This document shows positions 62,616 through 64,000 of a stretch of 64,000 nucleotides of DNA, one piece after another. This stretch comes from Octopus sinensis (lineage: Eukaryota): the NCBI RefSeq assembly GCF_006345805.1, contig NC_043000.1, positions 25,110,001 to 25,174,000 of the forward strand. Direction: 5' to 3'. A model generated the notes under the pieces. The model was not told the origin of the DNA and did not search any database. It was given only the letters and a program-made list of their open reading frames with translations. Numbering within the stretch: position 1 is the first letter of the stretch; each line of letters opens with the position of its first letter. Made by a program: the position numbers and the translations under genes.

Positions 62616-63759
62616 ACTAGCAGCATAGCCCGGCGTTGCCCGGGTATGTAAGAGCCCCTAGTAGGCAACGACTAATCCCAATCTAGTCTTTTCCCTCTAG
62701 GGAACGAAGGCGCATGTGTAGGTTTCAATGTCTTCTCTTCACTCCCAAATAATTATCAAACAGCTATCGATAATTCAACCCAACCAATTCCTACCAGGAA
62801 GAAATTACATTCGAGACTTTACCCCCAACACCGCTACTTCTGCTAATAGCTGCTGCAGCCGCAAGTTATTCGAATACATTTTTCGTTTAAACTTTCGTTA
62901 TAACTACCACCCCAAACGTTTTACCTTAAATTTTTGACGTACCTTAGGTCCTCGGACGCTACTTGCAAACTCTTGGTTTATTATAAACCGCTTTTGTCGT
63001 GTGCACCAAAAAACCTTTTCCATTCGTTTGTTCAGTTTGGTCACTTTTGACTTTTTCGTTGTTGTCACTCACATTACTGTCCGCGTTTTTGCCGTTTTTG
63101 TACATTTTTATACATTTTGGGATACTTCCCCACAGTGTTCCGAGAGTTAAAAAGGTCGAGTTGCGTCCCCTAGACAGTCTGTGGTTTGTGTTTAATACAC
63201 AAATCGTTTGCTATGTATGCCACATATGATTTAATTAACCGATTTTTTCAGTAATAAAGTATCCTATTGGAATAAAATGGGCCATATAGCTCCTTGGAGC
63301 AGACATGATGCTCGCTGTGAATTAAAAAAAAAATTCCTGCCAATTTGTGAAAGATATTGTCGAAAATATGTCATCTTGAATTTGAACGCGATTTCCCAAA
63401 ATGGCATGATTTTATCGATTTTTTCTGATGGTAAGGTATTGCATGGAAAACTAACGTCAGAATTAAGTTTCTTAGGATAACATTAAGCTTCACCATGAGT
63501 TTGGTGAAAATCGATTGCAAGTTGCGAAAACTACAACAGAACATGTGTTGCATAGATTCTCGACCCCATGTCGAATTTATCTATTCTTTTCAGAACTGGG
63601 GGAATTTTACAAAATTTTCGCTGCGTTAGTTTTGAATTATGACATTGGGCTATGTGTGTGTCAAGTTTCATCAGAACCGGTTGAAAGCCGTGGTCAGGGT
63701 GAGGGTACAACCTGACAGACACACAGACAGACAAACTGCCGTTTATATAGAGAGAAGAT
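62616..63759 (+). mobile_element. Helentron-associated/DINE-1-like non-autonomous element (~1.14 kb) in (TA)n
   Basis: Starts actagcagcatagcccggcgttgcccggg (subterminal hairpin); ends gacacacagacagacaaactgccgtttatatagagagaagat; no TSD other than (TA)n. Confidence 0.7.
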
Positions 63760-64000
63760 ATATATATATATATATATCGTGTTACGCTAAGAAGTGATAC
63801 AAGGTACTAGAATTTTCGATTCGAGTCGGATATAACAAACTATTCCAAACCGTTGGACAGGTTATATTTTGAAATGTTCTAACTGAGGAAGATCCTTTGT
63901 AATGGATGTATTTCCTATTATATGTTACAAAGACATGAAACGCACGTATTAAATGATGTCATGATTTACAAGTATTACTATTTAGTTTGACTTAATTATT

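Overview
Repeat-saturated, AT-rich animal genomic DNA. The SINE families and microsatellite density match what I know of Octopus; the species cannot be fixed from the sequence. I found no intact host protein-coding gene, and nearly all ORF-track entries are translated microsatellites. Recognisable content: (i) about 30 copies or fragments of at least four tRNA-headed SINE families (informal labels A-D) plus a (GAT)n-tailed repeat (F); (ii) decayed DNA transposons: a maT/DD37D element, a Tc1 element with both TIRs, an inverted pair of mariner 5' halves, hAT MITEs with 8-bp TSDs and Helitron/Helentron-type non-autonomous elements; (iii) decayed LINE fragments: RTE, R4/Dong-clade RT and RLE, an L2/CR1-like 3' end, and a Penelope-like GIY-YIG endonuclease; (iv) micro- and minisatellites; (v) a 100-N gap flanked by a ~2.6-kb duplicate that is probably an assembly or haplotype artefact. 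The most notable signal is about 12 minimal type-I hammerhead-ribozyme motifs (CUGANGA...GAAA) from roughly six unrelated repeat families. Several occur as inverted pairs. In one (22665-23235), two head-to-head tRNA-like heads each lead through (TAA)n into a hammerhead. SINE-D also forms head-to-tail multimers with recurring junctions at separate loci. All coordinates, alignments and folds were read by eye; no searches were run.
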